64,000 nt of DNA from Pecten maximus (Eukaryota). The notes under the pieces were generated by a model. It made no database searches and had not been told where the DNA came from. It saw nothing but the letters and a program-made list of their open reading frames with translations. Every line of letters begins with the position of its first letter. Position 1 is the stretch's first letter. A program made the translations under genes and the position numbers. Shown piece by piece: positions 1-13,639 of the stretch. The stretch covers positions 24,180,001-24,244,000 of the forward strand of contig NC_047016.1 in the NCBI RefSeq assembly GCF_902652985.1, read 5' to 3'.

Positions 1-1199
1 TTTATACTATCATTATCAATTATATCGTTGATAAAAATTAACCTGGACTCAATCCAGGTCTTAAAAATTAGCGACCTTCCGTTAAGTTTGATGTGTTTAT
101 TTCCCCAAATGATCTCTTGACAAATATCTGTAAAGTTATAATCAACGATCGGCGCGTTATTTTCTCTAAGTTTCAACCATGATTGTAGGATGTTAATATA
201 AAAATATGGTACATCGTTTTTTGGAAGGTTGCGTATGTGTCCTGGGGACATACGAAACAACACAGTGGCGCCACCAAGCTTTTCCAAATAATAATTTGGA
301 ATCACCTTCCAACAGGCGTCTACAGGAGATACTAACCTTTGTATCCAGGCTACATTTAAAACATCAATATGGGATTCAACATCCCGTATTAATAAACCGC
401 CTTCCGATTTATCACTTATCATAACACTACGTTTAACACGCTCCGGCCCATTGTTCCAGATAAAACAATATATTTTCCTTTCAAGCTCCTTTATTTGTTC
501 TTTACTTACGTATTGGACACTTGCTAAGTAGGTTATCTGTGGTCAATTTTCTTTTTTTCCAGTTTTTGATTAGTTCATCAATGCTTTCTTTCTGTACTAG
601 ATTTTGTAAAACGTATAACCTTTGCCTTTGAACACGAATTTTATGTAGTTTCGCAATATATTCTAATAGGATATCTAATCATTTTGAGAAGTTGCTATTC
701 ATTCATTACTTTTGGCTGTCGTTGTATACCTCGGCATTCATCAAACACAACTTGTCGATAGACATCTGTTTAGCAAGTTGATTAAATTGACGATGCATGC
801 CTTATTGTTTAATAAGTTCGATAATGTTCATCATTGACGTACAATCAATATAAGTATACCTGTCGAATCTCCAGTTCAAAGTTTGGTTTGGAACCAGCAG
901 ATATTCTCATGTAATTTTGTTTTGACAGAGTACATTCCACTACACATGGTTGTAATAAAATGATACACACAAAACAAAACAAAACAAAATAAATGTCAGA
1001 TGCAAGTTGGATTTTCAACTAATAAAATGCAAAAGGAACGGTAGTTCTACTTCCGTATGGATGATATTCTGAGGCCTTTACTTCACCACTTCTTAGCTGG
1101 TTACAAAATGTCCCTGAAAATTGTACAAAAGACACACGATAGAAGCAACTAAGAATTGGGAGTTAGGGTTAGGTACAGGAAAGCCAAATGACTATGGTA

Positions 1200-2310
1200 T
1201 GATTTTATTTGTGCAATATATAATGTAAAATCTGTTATTAATCAAAGAACACCTTAGAACGACAGACAAATTCAACAGTGTTTAATCGAACTACAAAATT
1301 AGGCCGATGAAAGAGGCTTGACATTTCTCAAATCCAAAATTGTGTGCATGCATTTCTGCAAAAAACAAAAAACGCACACAACGACCCAAATCTTTCACTT
1401 TATTGCACCGAAATTCCTGTTGTCGAACAGACAAAATGTATTGGCCTCATTTCCGATTCAAAACTGTCCTTCATTCCACACATAAAACATCTAAGGGATA
1501 AGTGTTCCGCGGCGTTGAAAACTATACGAGTCCTTTCTCATACTATAGGGGAGCGGACTGTGAAATGCTTTTGCGCATTTCTAGATCACTTCTTCGAACA
1601 GAACTAGACTACCTTTGTATAGTATACGAGTCGGCACGCAGTTCTTATATGCAAATGCTAGACCCAATCAATAACAAGGGGATTCGTCTAGTCCTAGGAA
1701 CCTTTCGAACAACACCTGTTAGAAGCCTTCACGTGGAAGCTAATAACAACCTCTTTATGACAGAAATAAAATTTACATTACAGTTTGCAGTTCAACTTAA
1801 ATCATCCCCCTAAATAGCATGCGCTTGACCCAGTATTCAACAAAAAATACCAAAACATTTATGCAAAGCCCAAAACTACTGCCAACATTTGGTATCCGAT
1901 TTAAAATCTCCTGCAAGAACTCAACATAAAAATTGACCGACATAGCTGAATTTAAGATATCTGATGTTACCTAATGGAACATACAAACATATTATTCTAA
2001 TGGTACGTTACATGAGCGAGGTAAATCCAGTATAATGCCCGAAAAACATAAATCCTTCTTTCGGGAATGCATTTCGAATACCCCTTCTCATACAAAACTT
2101 TACACAGGTGATTCCAAAGAAGGTGAGAAAGAGACTGTAGCCTGCTGTACTGCTAATTTCTGCACAGACGGCATCTCAATATTTTCCGCCGAAGCATGTG
2201 CCTTCGGTTTAGCCCTCGGCCATATCGATGAACATCGTATTAAAAAGGTAAACATGTGTTCCGACTCTGTCTGTCGTTCAAATCTTACAGTTACGAGATC
2301 TTAAAAATAC
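1200..2310 (+). mobile_element. Degraded non-LTR retrotransposon (I/Nimb-group LINE): RT C-terminus plus RNase H remnant
   Basis: Frameshifted ORFs 1344-1607, 1502-1813 and 2035-2304. They encode GLISDSKLSFIPHIKHL, ELDYLCIVYESAR and GIRLVLGTFRTTPVRSLHVEAN (RT thumb region), then LYTGDSK...SIFSAEACA...SDS (RNase H motifs). Confidence 0.8.
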
Positions 2311-3592
2311 ACTCGTTTTTTTTTTTACCTGTATTTGTCTCCGCTACACCCTTGTTTATAGTAAGATAATGAATTTTAACACCATGGGCCTAACTAAATA
2401 AAAACACAATGCTTTATAGAAATGTGAATTTATTATGAAATAGCACGGTGTACAACCGACAACGATCGCTACAATTATTGTATATTAATATATGATGCAA
2501 ATATGTTTCTTTCTCTATGCAATGTATTGTGAACGAGAATAAAACAAAAGTTGAATGCAGGCAAAGAAGAAAGACGTGATGAAGTTTCATAAGTAAAACA
2601 GCTAGACCATGTACACTAGAATGAGTTTGTCACATATAGTAATCACCATTGAGGTATTATGCCATTCCTTACGAGAATTTGTCTAACTGAATAAAGAACG
2701 CGATTAATTTGGATAGACCTCTACACAGCCCATAGTGATAGCCGATTCATACAGACAGGGCCTGTCAAGAACACTGAGCATTAGAGGGTGGTAAGATTTT
2801 ACCAGTGTGCCAAAGATACCTTTACACATTGAGACTGGTTTCCCATCATGTGACATATCCACATCAAACAGTTATGTTAGATTGGTCATGTACTATGATC
2901 TGGAAGAATTCGTGTTTTGTCTGGGAATCTATAGTCGCATACCACGAGTAACATGTACTCAGTGCTAGACCTTTCTACACACATCGCAAAGGTCCCTCGG
3001 CTACTACGAAATCTTCCTACTACAGATGAAGAAACATATTAAAGAGAAAATATTAGAGCGAGCTCTAAACACATTGAACAATGTCCCTGTTATGTGTTTT
3101 CCAATTAGTTCTATCGTCGGCTTAAAATTCAACCTCGAACCTGTTTCATAAACGTTCCTTAAGAAAATTAGATAACGTAGAACATTTTAGTCAAGGCATT
3201 CTCCTCACACTCTGTAATATTTTCCGGTGGCAAGGTTAAAATTAAGGTAAAAGTAAACTTTGGAGTTAAAGTCAAAGCATGGCCTTAAGTTAAGGAGGCA
3301 TGGTAGACTGAGTACGTTGTGATATCATTTGATTTGAAAAATAACATATACTGTATCTTCCTTGAGCTTAAATTCGCCAATATCAGATACGCCAATCATT
3401 CCAATGGCGTACAATTCAAATTTCATCAGTAATTACATTCATTTGGACTGTTACACAATCCTAGTTACTTCCTTCATCTCATATTTATCTACATCACATG
3501 TTTCTTCTATTTCCCTCATTTTGTTTTTGTCTCATTCTCTCCTGTTTCCATCATATTTTTCTCTGTTTTTCCAGTTCGTCTTTGCCTGCTGC

Positions 3593-6500
3593 TCAGAATT
3601 TCCCGCGCATTAAAACAGACACGCCCATTGATACGACAGTGAGCCAGCCGATGCCGAACATGGATGCACGCGCAGGTTGAGGAATAGCAAATAGGTAAGC
3701 TATTGTGTGACAAATCCTACATCCAGTAAATAACCGGAAGTGGAAGGCAGCCCACCATGGATCGGGACCTGTCAGTACGTACAGCACGCCCACCAGGATA
3801 AACGGAATAACATTCTCTACGTCATTCTGATGGCATCTGAAGAAAATGAAAGGCCACGAGGCAAATTAAAAATGGATATTTGTGAACATGCAAATTTTTC
3901 ATCCAAGCAATAAAAATGTAAGCAGAGGAACCATTCTGAGATGCATTTTTTAGTTGTTAATGGCGTCCAACCAATTACTGAATAAAAAGTTAATTGATGA
4001 AAACGTTAAAGGCAACACATCATCACCATCATCATCGATGGATAGGTCATTTTCATATTACATGTTTCTGCCCAAAACGACGGTATAGTGATCCTTTGTC
4101 AATTCATCCGATAATAAGAGAAAGGTGAAACGTATCATACATACGTCCGAGAACAAAAACAAACAAACGAAAGCATGCGATCGTGGAAGCCAATATCCAC
4201 ATGGAATCTCATGTAATGTAATATCATTTCATCACAGCAGACAGCCCAATGAGAGATTTGATAACATATAGAAATTTTATTGGACAACAATGGAATTTCA
4301 CATGGAAAAGAATTAGACATTGACCAAGAAATTGTACCTTCTTGTTCGTTCTACGACGACGTCATTAAAGATGGTTGTTTGACCCTTGACAAGCCTGTCC
4401 TCCATGTTGGCGACCACCTGTAATATAACTGCGGCATTCAATCACTGGGCGATTCGTCCCTCCGGAGAGTTCAGAAAGAGGTTTGGTGCGATTACGTCAT
4501 CAAATATGGCACTCACTTACATTTAATGCCAGTTAGATCAATGTCAATATGGTGAGCGTTGGCAACACATAATCTTCACTGCTTTAAGAAATTAGCTCCA
4601 CTTTGAGTCCCAAAGGGCCTGTATCGCTCACCTGCGTCCAATGCAAGTTTGAAGTTGATCCAAGTCATTTATACAGACACTAACCTGATAATCACTTGTT
4701 AGAAATATAAGAGTAAGCTATGTTTATTCATTTAAACTTATGTTGTAGCTCTTCATTCCAGCACACTACTCATTCAATGCCAGTTATCCGAGTCTTTTTC
4801 AAAGATATTACCATATTTGACCCATGTGACCTTGAATGAGGGACAAGGTCCTTGATCCCTGCTTGATACATGTACCTGCCTAATATCAGCTCTCTTTGTC
4901 GTTTGGTCAAGATTTTAGTATATTTGACCCCCGTTCATTTAAAATAAACGTGGTAGCCCTCCACTGATTGATATGTTATGAGCCTCATATTGAAGGATTT
5001 GAATTTTGCCGGACATATTGCATTTTCAACATAATCCCCTTCAGTATCTACACAATTTTTGCCACTTTTATAGAACTCCTTTTCTTGGCTGTTCAGAAAG
5101 TCATCCACTGCATGCATGACGTACTCATCGGACTGAAAGTGGGTGCCTGAAATAGCTGTTTTCAGTTTTGAAAATAGAGTAAAGTCTGATGTAGCGAGAT
5201 CATGTGAATAAGGAGGCGGATGCTCAATCAATTTAAAGCCACAATCGTGAATGGCAGCCATGGCAATGACAGACTTGTGAACAGGAGCATTGTCCTGATG
5301 GAATAACACACCTTTAGTGAGGCTTTGTCGGCCGCGCTTAACTTCCGCCACCCACCTTTTCACTGTAACATATGAAGTGGCATCTTTCCCTATTGTTGCT
5401 ACCATATCAGTATGGATATCCCTAGGTGTTAAATCCTTTTTATGAAAATATTGGATCACTATTCTTTCACCGATTTTGTCAATTTTGCAAAAGCCGCTTG
5501 TCTTGTTTACTTTAGAGCGCTACCTCGTCGATATAAACTATTAAATGAGACCAGTCGTTGGGTACACCGCCCCATATTGTCAGAGAAAAATAAGACTTAA
5601 ATGGAACATCCTTGAATACCTCCTTCAATACGAGGCTCGTAACAACCTACCTGAGAAATATCCTGACCAGGGCTTATTGGTTATATAGACTTCAATATCT
5701 TTTACCCTTGTAATCTTTAAAGTGTTTAGGTCATTAATAAAGACACACTTGGTAGCCCTTCACACCGGCAAGCTACAGACCAAATATCAAGTCTTTGTGT
5801 CTCTCGATTATTACAGAGAAGTCGTTTAAAACGATTAGCATATTTGACACCTGCGATCTTGAATGTAGGTCAAGGTCGTTCATATAAACCAACTTTCATT
5901 TCTCTCTGTGCCTTTTGCTTAATTAGAAGTCGTTTGAAGATTTTACCATATTTGATTCATGTGGCCTTGAATGAACGGACGGACGACGGACCCCGCACCA
6001 AGGCACGAGAGGTAAAATCTGAGGAAATTGTTCTTGAATTTGATAAGTCAATAATAAAACTCTGGTTGCAAATTTTTCCTTTTTTCCCCCCTCATATTGT
6101 CTTTGACCTTGAACTTTTGATACCTCAAATAGATTCAATTCATGATAATATTTTGACACAAAAGTGTCTACCCCGTAATCTGAATTATATTCCTTGTGTT
6201 GTGTATCACCATTTTTTTTTTTTATAAATGTCTTTTATATGATCAAGTTAGAGAGGTATATCAGGATAAAATGAAATTAGATATAATTAGATATGTCAGA
6301 AGATGAAAACCTTATTCCTATTTTGTCAGCTAATAACATTGCGATTTGTTGCTTGTTAATTTCGACAAAACATGCCTAAAATGTAGGTTTCGAATACAGA
6401 AAATACATGTCGATCACATATTTTGTACAAAATAGCCATGACAAAACAGGTAATATTTCTTTAAACGGGGTTTGATTTTAAAATGTATAAACATTAATTA

Positions 6501-7519
6501 ATTCTCCTTTGACCTCGAAATGCACGGCCGTGAAAAATCTCACACACAAATATGGCATATAGGGAGGCATTTCAATCATGAAAAATGCTTTTAGACACCT
6601 AAAGAAATCTTAACGTAGAAAGAAATCTGTTTTCAGGAAAACTAGTTCAAACGCAGAGTTTGAGGTAAAATATACAGATTTTTGAAAATAGCCCGCAGTT
6701 AACTATTTGTCTTAAAAGCATTCCTCTTAAGGCTCTTACAGTTATGTATCACAACGATTTTTCTGGTTGTTGCGATGTTTTTGTCGAATGAATATATAAT
6801 CCAAGATGGTCAGGTATGGTCCAAAATATAGTATTTATTAAAGGAATGAGTCGGCAGGCGATTTCCGGAATATCCGTAAATCGACCCGTGCAGTCCGAAC
6901 TCTGGGTTCTAATTGATTTTTACAGCATATAGTACATGGTATTTAACGTAAAGTTATAAAAGTGATTGACAGCCTTGACAGGTATCAGTTAATTATATAT
7001 GATTGCTCAGCTGGTCATATGTCGGACAGGTGAGATATTCACATCATATTTAGCAACCTTGGCTAGCGAAGTTGTGTTAGCCCATGATACATATTAACAA
7101 TCGATCAAGTTACATGTTCCATTTCACCAGAGTATTGATATACAGGCTTTAAAAAATAATACCGTATACTAATCCGATTCGCTATGTCCATGAACCTCAC
7201 ACACGGGCGTCTACTGTACATGGGAGATAACCCGTGTCGTTTAAACCTCATTTAATAGTACTTTCAAGTATACGTTGACATACATGTAGTTGTTGTGAGA
7301 AGTTATTGGAGCATAAATGTGTATACAGTATATATATGGACACTTGTATAACGCGCATCCAGATCATTTCTAAGATATCCCAGGTAAATTCCCTACCTTC
7401 CTACTCAGACGCTGTTTTATCGTGATCAGGCTCATAACCATCGTCTTGAACACACATACAGTTCCATAAAATGCGAATTGTGCGAACACAGGATTGTCAA
7501 AAGTGAGTGTGGACGCCAT
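3593..7519 (-). CDS. MGST1: Microsomal glutathione S-transferase 1-like (MAPEG), paralogue A, 148 aa, 3 coding exons
   Basis: Exons 7519-7397, 4417-4338 and 3836-3593 (123+80+244=447 nt), all GT-AG with matching phases. Protein: MASTLTFDNPVFAQFAFY...VVANMED...VERTRRCHQNDVENVIPF...FTGCRICHTIAY...PQPARA, which carries the MAPEG/MGST1 signature motifs. Confidence 0.92.
4600..6050. repeat. Interspersed TGACC-rich non-autonomous repeat (Helentron/HINE-like family) interrupted by the mariner relic
   Basis: Terminal-type motif gggcctgtatcgctcacctg at ~4613-4633. Recurrent tgacc..tgaccttgaa..ggtcaaggtc and tggtagccct(c/t)cac subunits lie on both sides of the mariner. Boundaries are approximate. Confidence 0.45.
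4965..5650 (-). mobile_element. Internally deleted mariner (Tc1/mariner, DD34D) element in intron 1 of MGST1-A
   Basis: ORF 4935-5459 has an HTH segment (SYVTVKRW..KRGRQSL) fused to FHQDNAPVH...PPYSHDLATSDF...EGDYVE. Inverted repeats at 4974-4997 and 5621-5644 match at 22/24. Confidence 0.88.
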
Positions 7520-8857
7520 GTTGTTGGTGGTCTCGGCTCACTTCACGTCCGTATGTGTGTAGTGTATGTGTTGTCGGATATTAACACTTTAAGTTATATC
7601 CTTGTTGAAAATGTACGTATACATTTATAATAACTTACTGGATAATTACATGTGTTACACCAACATATTGTTTTACCGATATGTGTGTACACGTACGCGT
7701 GCTACACCAAAATAAATGCATGCATTACGCCGGTGGGTTACCGTAACATAAAAGTACATTATGTGTGTGAAATGCACACACGTACGAGTCCACCTGAACA
7801 CGTACGAAGTGCTGTGAATTTCAGCAATTATTTATGAATACGCTGAGCTGACAAATGTTCTGGTCGAGATACGCCAGCCTTCGTCAGTATATGTGTGTTA
7901 GAGAAATAATTAGATAGCCTAAACGGCCTGGTTAACATGTCCTGGTATGGTTTGTTTGCTGGTGTTGGTTCATTCTCACTTAATCAACATTCTGAAATTT
8001 ACCTGTATTACCTTGTCAACAAGTGATTTTTACACCTGAGCGAGTTTCAGCTATATATAGTCTGTTTTTACTATCCACGATAGAAACCAATATAAATGAC
8101 AAGTTGAGTCATGATGACTATTTATAAGTTAAAGATTCAAATGAATTTATGAAGGCAATTTATCATAAAAGATCTTACATGTATGTTTGCGATAAATACT
8201 TAAAATATATTCAGTTTGATTAAATCTACATCATTATCGACCTATAGGTTGTGATGTTGACAGTGACAAACTTGTCATCATATCATCAGCCATCCATCGT
8301 ACGGTTGAGAAAAAAAATCAGCTCAGTTACGTCTGTAAACAAACACAGCAGCACTGAGTGTCATTTGTAAGCCATCTACTTGTTAGGTAAATGGGTGCCG
8401 TTCCTCCTCCCTAAAAATACCTACAATGAATCGGTGATTCTTACTAGTTTCGTATCTGTATCTTTGGCTGTTGTCGGGTTTGTCTGACAAGAAAACGTTT
8501 CGTTATATGCAATACCAGTTATAGTTACAATAAGTTATGAAAAAAATCATGTCATTTTTTAAATATTATTCAAGCACAATTTATAGTGCTATATCTTGTT
8601 TGATGGAAAGCACAAAACATGTACAATACTTTCACATAAGAAATGGATGTTGATAATCAAGGATGACTCACATGGCTTAAAGTGTCTAATGATAACGTGT
8701 TATTCATGTTATTGGAATTAGAAGCAGGCTGGCTGGTGGACGCATCAGAATCGATTAATAACAAATGAAATACATGTCATTGCCCTAGTGGATACAAAAA
8801 TAATTTGTTTATACAAATATAGTTCGATTATCTATTCTGCCAACATTATGTATGCAT

Positions 8858-11007
8858 TCAGAAGGTGGCCTTGCGGATGACATCAACTGCCATCAACATG
8901 GACACAACCAATCCCCCGCCAAACATGAGCGCCCGCGATGGCTGAGGAATTTGACCTAGGTAAGCAACAGTGTGCATGAGACGACATCCGGTGAAGATCC
9001 GGAAGTACATCGCAGCTGTTGTCGGATCTGGCCCGCTGGCGACGTACAGCAATCCCACCAAAACAAATGTGACCACGTTTTCTAGATCGTTAAGATGGCA
9101 CCTAAAACAAAGAAAACAGATATAGTCTATACAATGTATTGTATTATATCGGTGTGAAGTGACTGATTTTATGTCAATAGAAAGACAACCGTTTAACATC
9201 AATTAACCTAGACAATAGCAATTGATGTTCTGTATCTACAGATATTTCAGATTAAAATTAAAACATATTAAATAAGATACTTGTGAATGAAAACCTGCGA
9301 TCATTTACCGCGAAAATATATCTTCACCTATGGTCACATCCTTAATGAAGATGTCAAGATATTCAGGTTTCTTCTTCATATACAACCCGTAGGTGACACG
9401 CCCCTTCAACCGTGAAGCTGAACCACCACAGTCAATGTGGCAAGTAAAATTATTTTTCCGTGTAGAAATCAATGTAGAAATTCAACTCCGATTCCGTCTA
9501 TAATCGCCTTATCTCTCGCAGATACACTTTACTGTTTTATTCCTTCCCATTTTGCTTCATGAGACAGAGTACATTTTTAATAAACTCTGCGTTGAAGCGG
9601 TACATCTAGAAAATTTGGAAAATAACTCGAAATAAAAAAATAGCGGTAAACTTATAATAGTTGACCTAAGAGGCAAAACCGAAAAAAGAAGGAAACATCC
9701 GTCTTTGAGACGTCACAGAGACGATGAAATCTTAGTGCGGGTTTTAGACAAATTCTCCGACATGGCTCACCTTCTGATGCGCTCCACGGTGGGATCAGTC
9801 AATGTCGGCTTACATTCCTTGTTCATGGCCTTCCCTAGTGCACAGTCCTCGGGGTTAGCGAACACCTGGCAACATACAAGAAAATAACGTTTTTAGTCAC
9901 GCATGAAATAATACTTTGGTTAATAAATATTCAAAAACAATGAGCCACAAGCCTGTTCCGCGCTACCTGCGATAACATAGCTCTGGACGACGGACGGACA
10001 ATTTCTGACAGATGGTCGTTTGCCGAAGAGCAGTATAGTTCTAGTTCCGCGCGTTTCATTCGCCCTTAGGTCATGGCTGCTCCAACTGCACGTATTCCTG
10101 TAATCTCCATGAACTTTTCTTACAGGAAGTCCTGTCTGAGTTTTGCCCGTGTGTTTCCAACGCTTCCACACAAAAACGACGTCTCCTTCGCCCAAACATC
10201 AGGTGTTACACTGTTCGTTACCTTCGAAGAGGATATTGCCAAGAATCGATTCCTGATGAAAGCGGCTCGGTTTATCGTCCAATTTACGTGCTAAAATCCA
10301 TTTCGAATTTAGCGTACAATTTCGGAACGCGAAATGAGTAACATGCTTTGCCGTGCTTCTTTGTTTCTCTCTAAGTTCGTGTAAAATGAACTGTTCTCAC
10401 TGTTCATTCTTATTTTTCCTTCTATCGATTTCATTTTGCTTCACTAATCTCCTTCAGAGGAAATAAAGTTTGATGATGTAGACTGTAACAAATTCTCAAG
10501 TCCCTGTGCCTACCACCAGCCCCGATAATTTAACAAGCGGCCAGTTATTTGTTATTGTGCAACGATTTCAACTAACGCGTAGAAAATATTTTTGCAAAGC
10601 CAAATTCTTAAAACGTTGACTACACAAATGCAAGCCAAATTCTTAAAACGTTGACTACACAAATGCAAGCCAAATTCTTAAAACGTTGACTACACAAATG
10701 CAGGTGAAAGGTAACATCGGGGACAGACGGGCTAGTGCAAATCACGGTTTGGGTTACTCCTATAATATTACAGGTTAACACGACAGACTACACACCTGAC
10801 GTATGTTACACACATGAACCTACATTACCATAGTAACAGTCCGACACACACCTGACGTATGTTACAAACATGAACCTACATTGCTATAGTAACAGTCCGA
10901 CACACACATGAACCTACATTGCTATAGTAACAGTCCGACACACACCTGACGTATGTTAAACACATGAACCTACATTGCTATAGTAACAGTCCAACTTCAC
11001 ACCTGAC

Positions 11008-11044
<37 letters not shown>

Positions 11045-11273
11045 AGCCACATGAACCTACATTGCTATAGTAACAGTCCGACACACACCTGACGTATGTT
11101 AAACACATGAACCTACATTGCTATAGTAACAGTCCAACTTCACACCTGACGTATATATATATATGTTAGCCACATGAATCTACATTGCTATAGTAACAGT
11201 CCGACACACACCTGACGTATGTTACACACATGAACCTACATTGCTATAGTAACAGTCCAACTTCACACCTGAC

Positions 11274-11320
<47 letters not shown>

Positions 11321-13397
11321 AGCCACATGAACCTACATTGCCCAATTGACCGACGAGGCCAGACTACACAACAGACGTGTATAAAAAGAACCCACAGAAA
11401 AGGTGTGTCACGTGTAACCTGATCCATCTATTCCACCGACACATTAGTAAAGAAAATGTATACTTCTATTAAAAACGTCTGAGTCAGTCTCTGTGTGTTA
11501 CATTTACGTGGACAATTTCACAAAGACCATAACGTCAGTAAGGGTTGAGGCAAATTACGTTTTGGGAATCTACACTATGGCCGACAAGAGCATGACAAAG
11601 ATATCAAATTTCATATCTCTGTGTAACATGTTACAATAATTACAAGAGTTAGCCTATTTATTTTTAATTCGATATTATTTGTTAATGCGTTGCCCCCTTG
11701 TCCCCTACGGATTCATCGGCGTTTCAACTGATTTGGAGTTGGTTTCATTTGACAAGTCGAAGCTACTAGAGCATACTTTACTGTACGTGTAATTAGGAGA
11801 CGAAATGTAAATATATCAAAGGTTTTCAAACTATGGTAAGTAGGATTAGTTTAGTATTGTTCATTGATGGCTGCGCTATATTCGTGCTGATGCCGATATC
11901 ACCTCATGATCACTGAAGCGTACCGCCGAAGATACCCGACAGACACACCACCCGGTCACATGCTGGGATTGGTATTGTGTCGTTGAGACTCTCAAACAAA
12001 AGAGTAATACTTTTATTATTCCATAAACCGTACTAGCGCGATAAACAACTTATTCTGTGTATTCCATAAACCGTACTAGCGCGATAAACAACTTATTCTG
12101 TGTATTCCATAAACCGTACTAGCGCGATAAACAACTTATTCTGTGCATTCCATAAACCGTACTAGCGCGATAAACAACTTATTCTGTGCATTCCATAAAC
12201 CGTACTAGCGCGATAAACAACTTATTCTGTGTATTCCATAAACCGTACTAGCGCGATAAACAACTTATTATGTGTATTCAATAAACCGTACTAGCGCGAT
12301 AAACAACTTATTCTGTGTATTCCATAAACCGTACTAGCGCGATAAACAACTTATTATGTGTATTCAATAAACCGTACTAGCGCGATAAACAACTTATTCT
12401 GTGTATTCCATAAACCGTACTAGCGCGATAAACAACTTATTCTGTGTATTCCATAAACCGTACTAGCGCGATAAACAACTTATTCTGTGTATTCCATAAA
12501 CCGTACTAGCGCGATAAACCGTACTAGCGCGATAAACAACTTATTCTGTGTATTCCATAAACCGTACTAGCGCGATAAACAACTTATTCTGTGTATTCCA
12601 TAAACCGTACTAGCGCGATAAACAACTTATTCTGTGTATTCCTTAAACCGTACTAGCGCGATAAACCGTACTAGCGCGATACACAACTCATTCGGTTTTG
12701 TATTAACTTAAGGCGATAATACAGAGAAGAGGGTTTTCCTATCTTACCATGTGAAAATGTACAAAAAAAAAAGGGGGAAAAGGAAATTCCACATAATTTT
12801 GTTAGGACACCAGTGAGTCATCGTACTTGTTTATACACATGAGTGTATTTATGCTCTGACGAAATTAAAGAACCACGATCGAAAGCGAAGATTTTCAAAT
12901 AGATTTTGAACGTTCCATCATCAACCAGATCACCTGATCCAAATGATATGGTTTTAACTTCACATGCCAATTATATATATGCAATTAATATTGATAATCC
13001 ATTAAAGCAGATATATAGGTCTGGGCTTGCTGGCAGAAATTTCTCCCTCGACAGTGCTCCTGTGTCGGTGTTTAGTTCAACCTGAAGCCTTGCGACTCAT
13101 AAGTAGGCATATTTATATATAGATACATTCGAGATAATCAAATTCAGTTGAGCATCTACATGTAGTTTATCTATGCCAGTGTTTACGATACACGTTAACA
13201 TTCGAGAGGATTGAATAGTGCCTACGTGATCGGTACCAGAACAGGCACGTGATGTCACATCCTGTACTTACCGACTTTCTAATCCGATTAAATGCCGTCA
13301 GCGCACTCATCGACATTGTCTTTACTATGACAACGCCACTGTAAAATGCAAACTGCTTAAACAGTGGATTGTCAAAACTTAGTCCTTGGTCAGCCAT
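8858..13397 (-). CDS. MGST1: Microsomal glutathione S-transferase 1-like (MAPEG), paralogue B, 154 aa, 3 coding exons
   Basis: Exons 13397-13272, 9865-9771 and 9101-8858 (126+95+244=465 nt), GT-AG with matching phases. Motifs VFANPEDC, VERIRRCHLNDLENV, FTGCRLMHTVAY and PQPSRA. Confidence 0.94.
10595..10702. repeat. 35-bp tandem repeat x3
   Basis: gcaagccaaattcttaaaacgttgactacacaaat recurs with a 35-nt period. Confidence 0.9.
10789..11340. repeat. ~56-bp minisatellite with embedded (TA)n microsatellites
   Basis: Unit cacacctgacgtatgtta..acatgaacctacattgctatagtaacagtcc. (TA)n runs at ~11009-11041, ~11152-11164 and ~11274-11317. Confidence 0.9.
12017..12686. repeat. 43-bp minisatellite, ~15 copies
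   Basis: Unit tattccataaaccgtactagcgcgataaacaacttattctgtg; highly homogeneous, with two truncated units. Confidence 0.95.
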
Positions 13398-13639
13398 AAT
13401 TGTGCAGCTTTTGTGGCGAGTAAAATCTCCGAGCTCTAGGTCACGGGTAATACAGGTACACAAGGTGGAACGCCGAACAGTAGCAAATCTATGGCGGCCT
13501 ATACCAGTCGGACAGTTAAACTGACTACGTGTATCGCGCTACAAAGGCACAAAACATTGACATACAAACTGGTCGGTGGTAGCCTACATAGCCTGACGCA
13601 ACACTCTTCGGTTGTATTTTTTTTTTTATTTCTATCAAA

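Noticed and set aside
8100-8675. AP-1-like TGAGTCA/TGACTCA sites upstream of MGST1-A
   Set aside because: They lack the full ARE (TGACnnnGC) context, and 7-mers are expected by chance.
9920-10450. GC-richer segment with short ORFs in MGST1-B intron 1
   Set aside because: No recognisable domain or consistent splice phase. It may be a decayed TE fragment but cannot be identified without a search.
12017-12686. Regular arrays here and at 37222-38356 that superficially resemble CRISPR
   Set aside because: They are head-to-tail repeats with no unique spacers and no cas genes, in a eukaryotic intron context.
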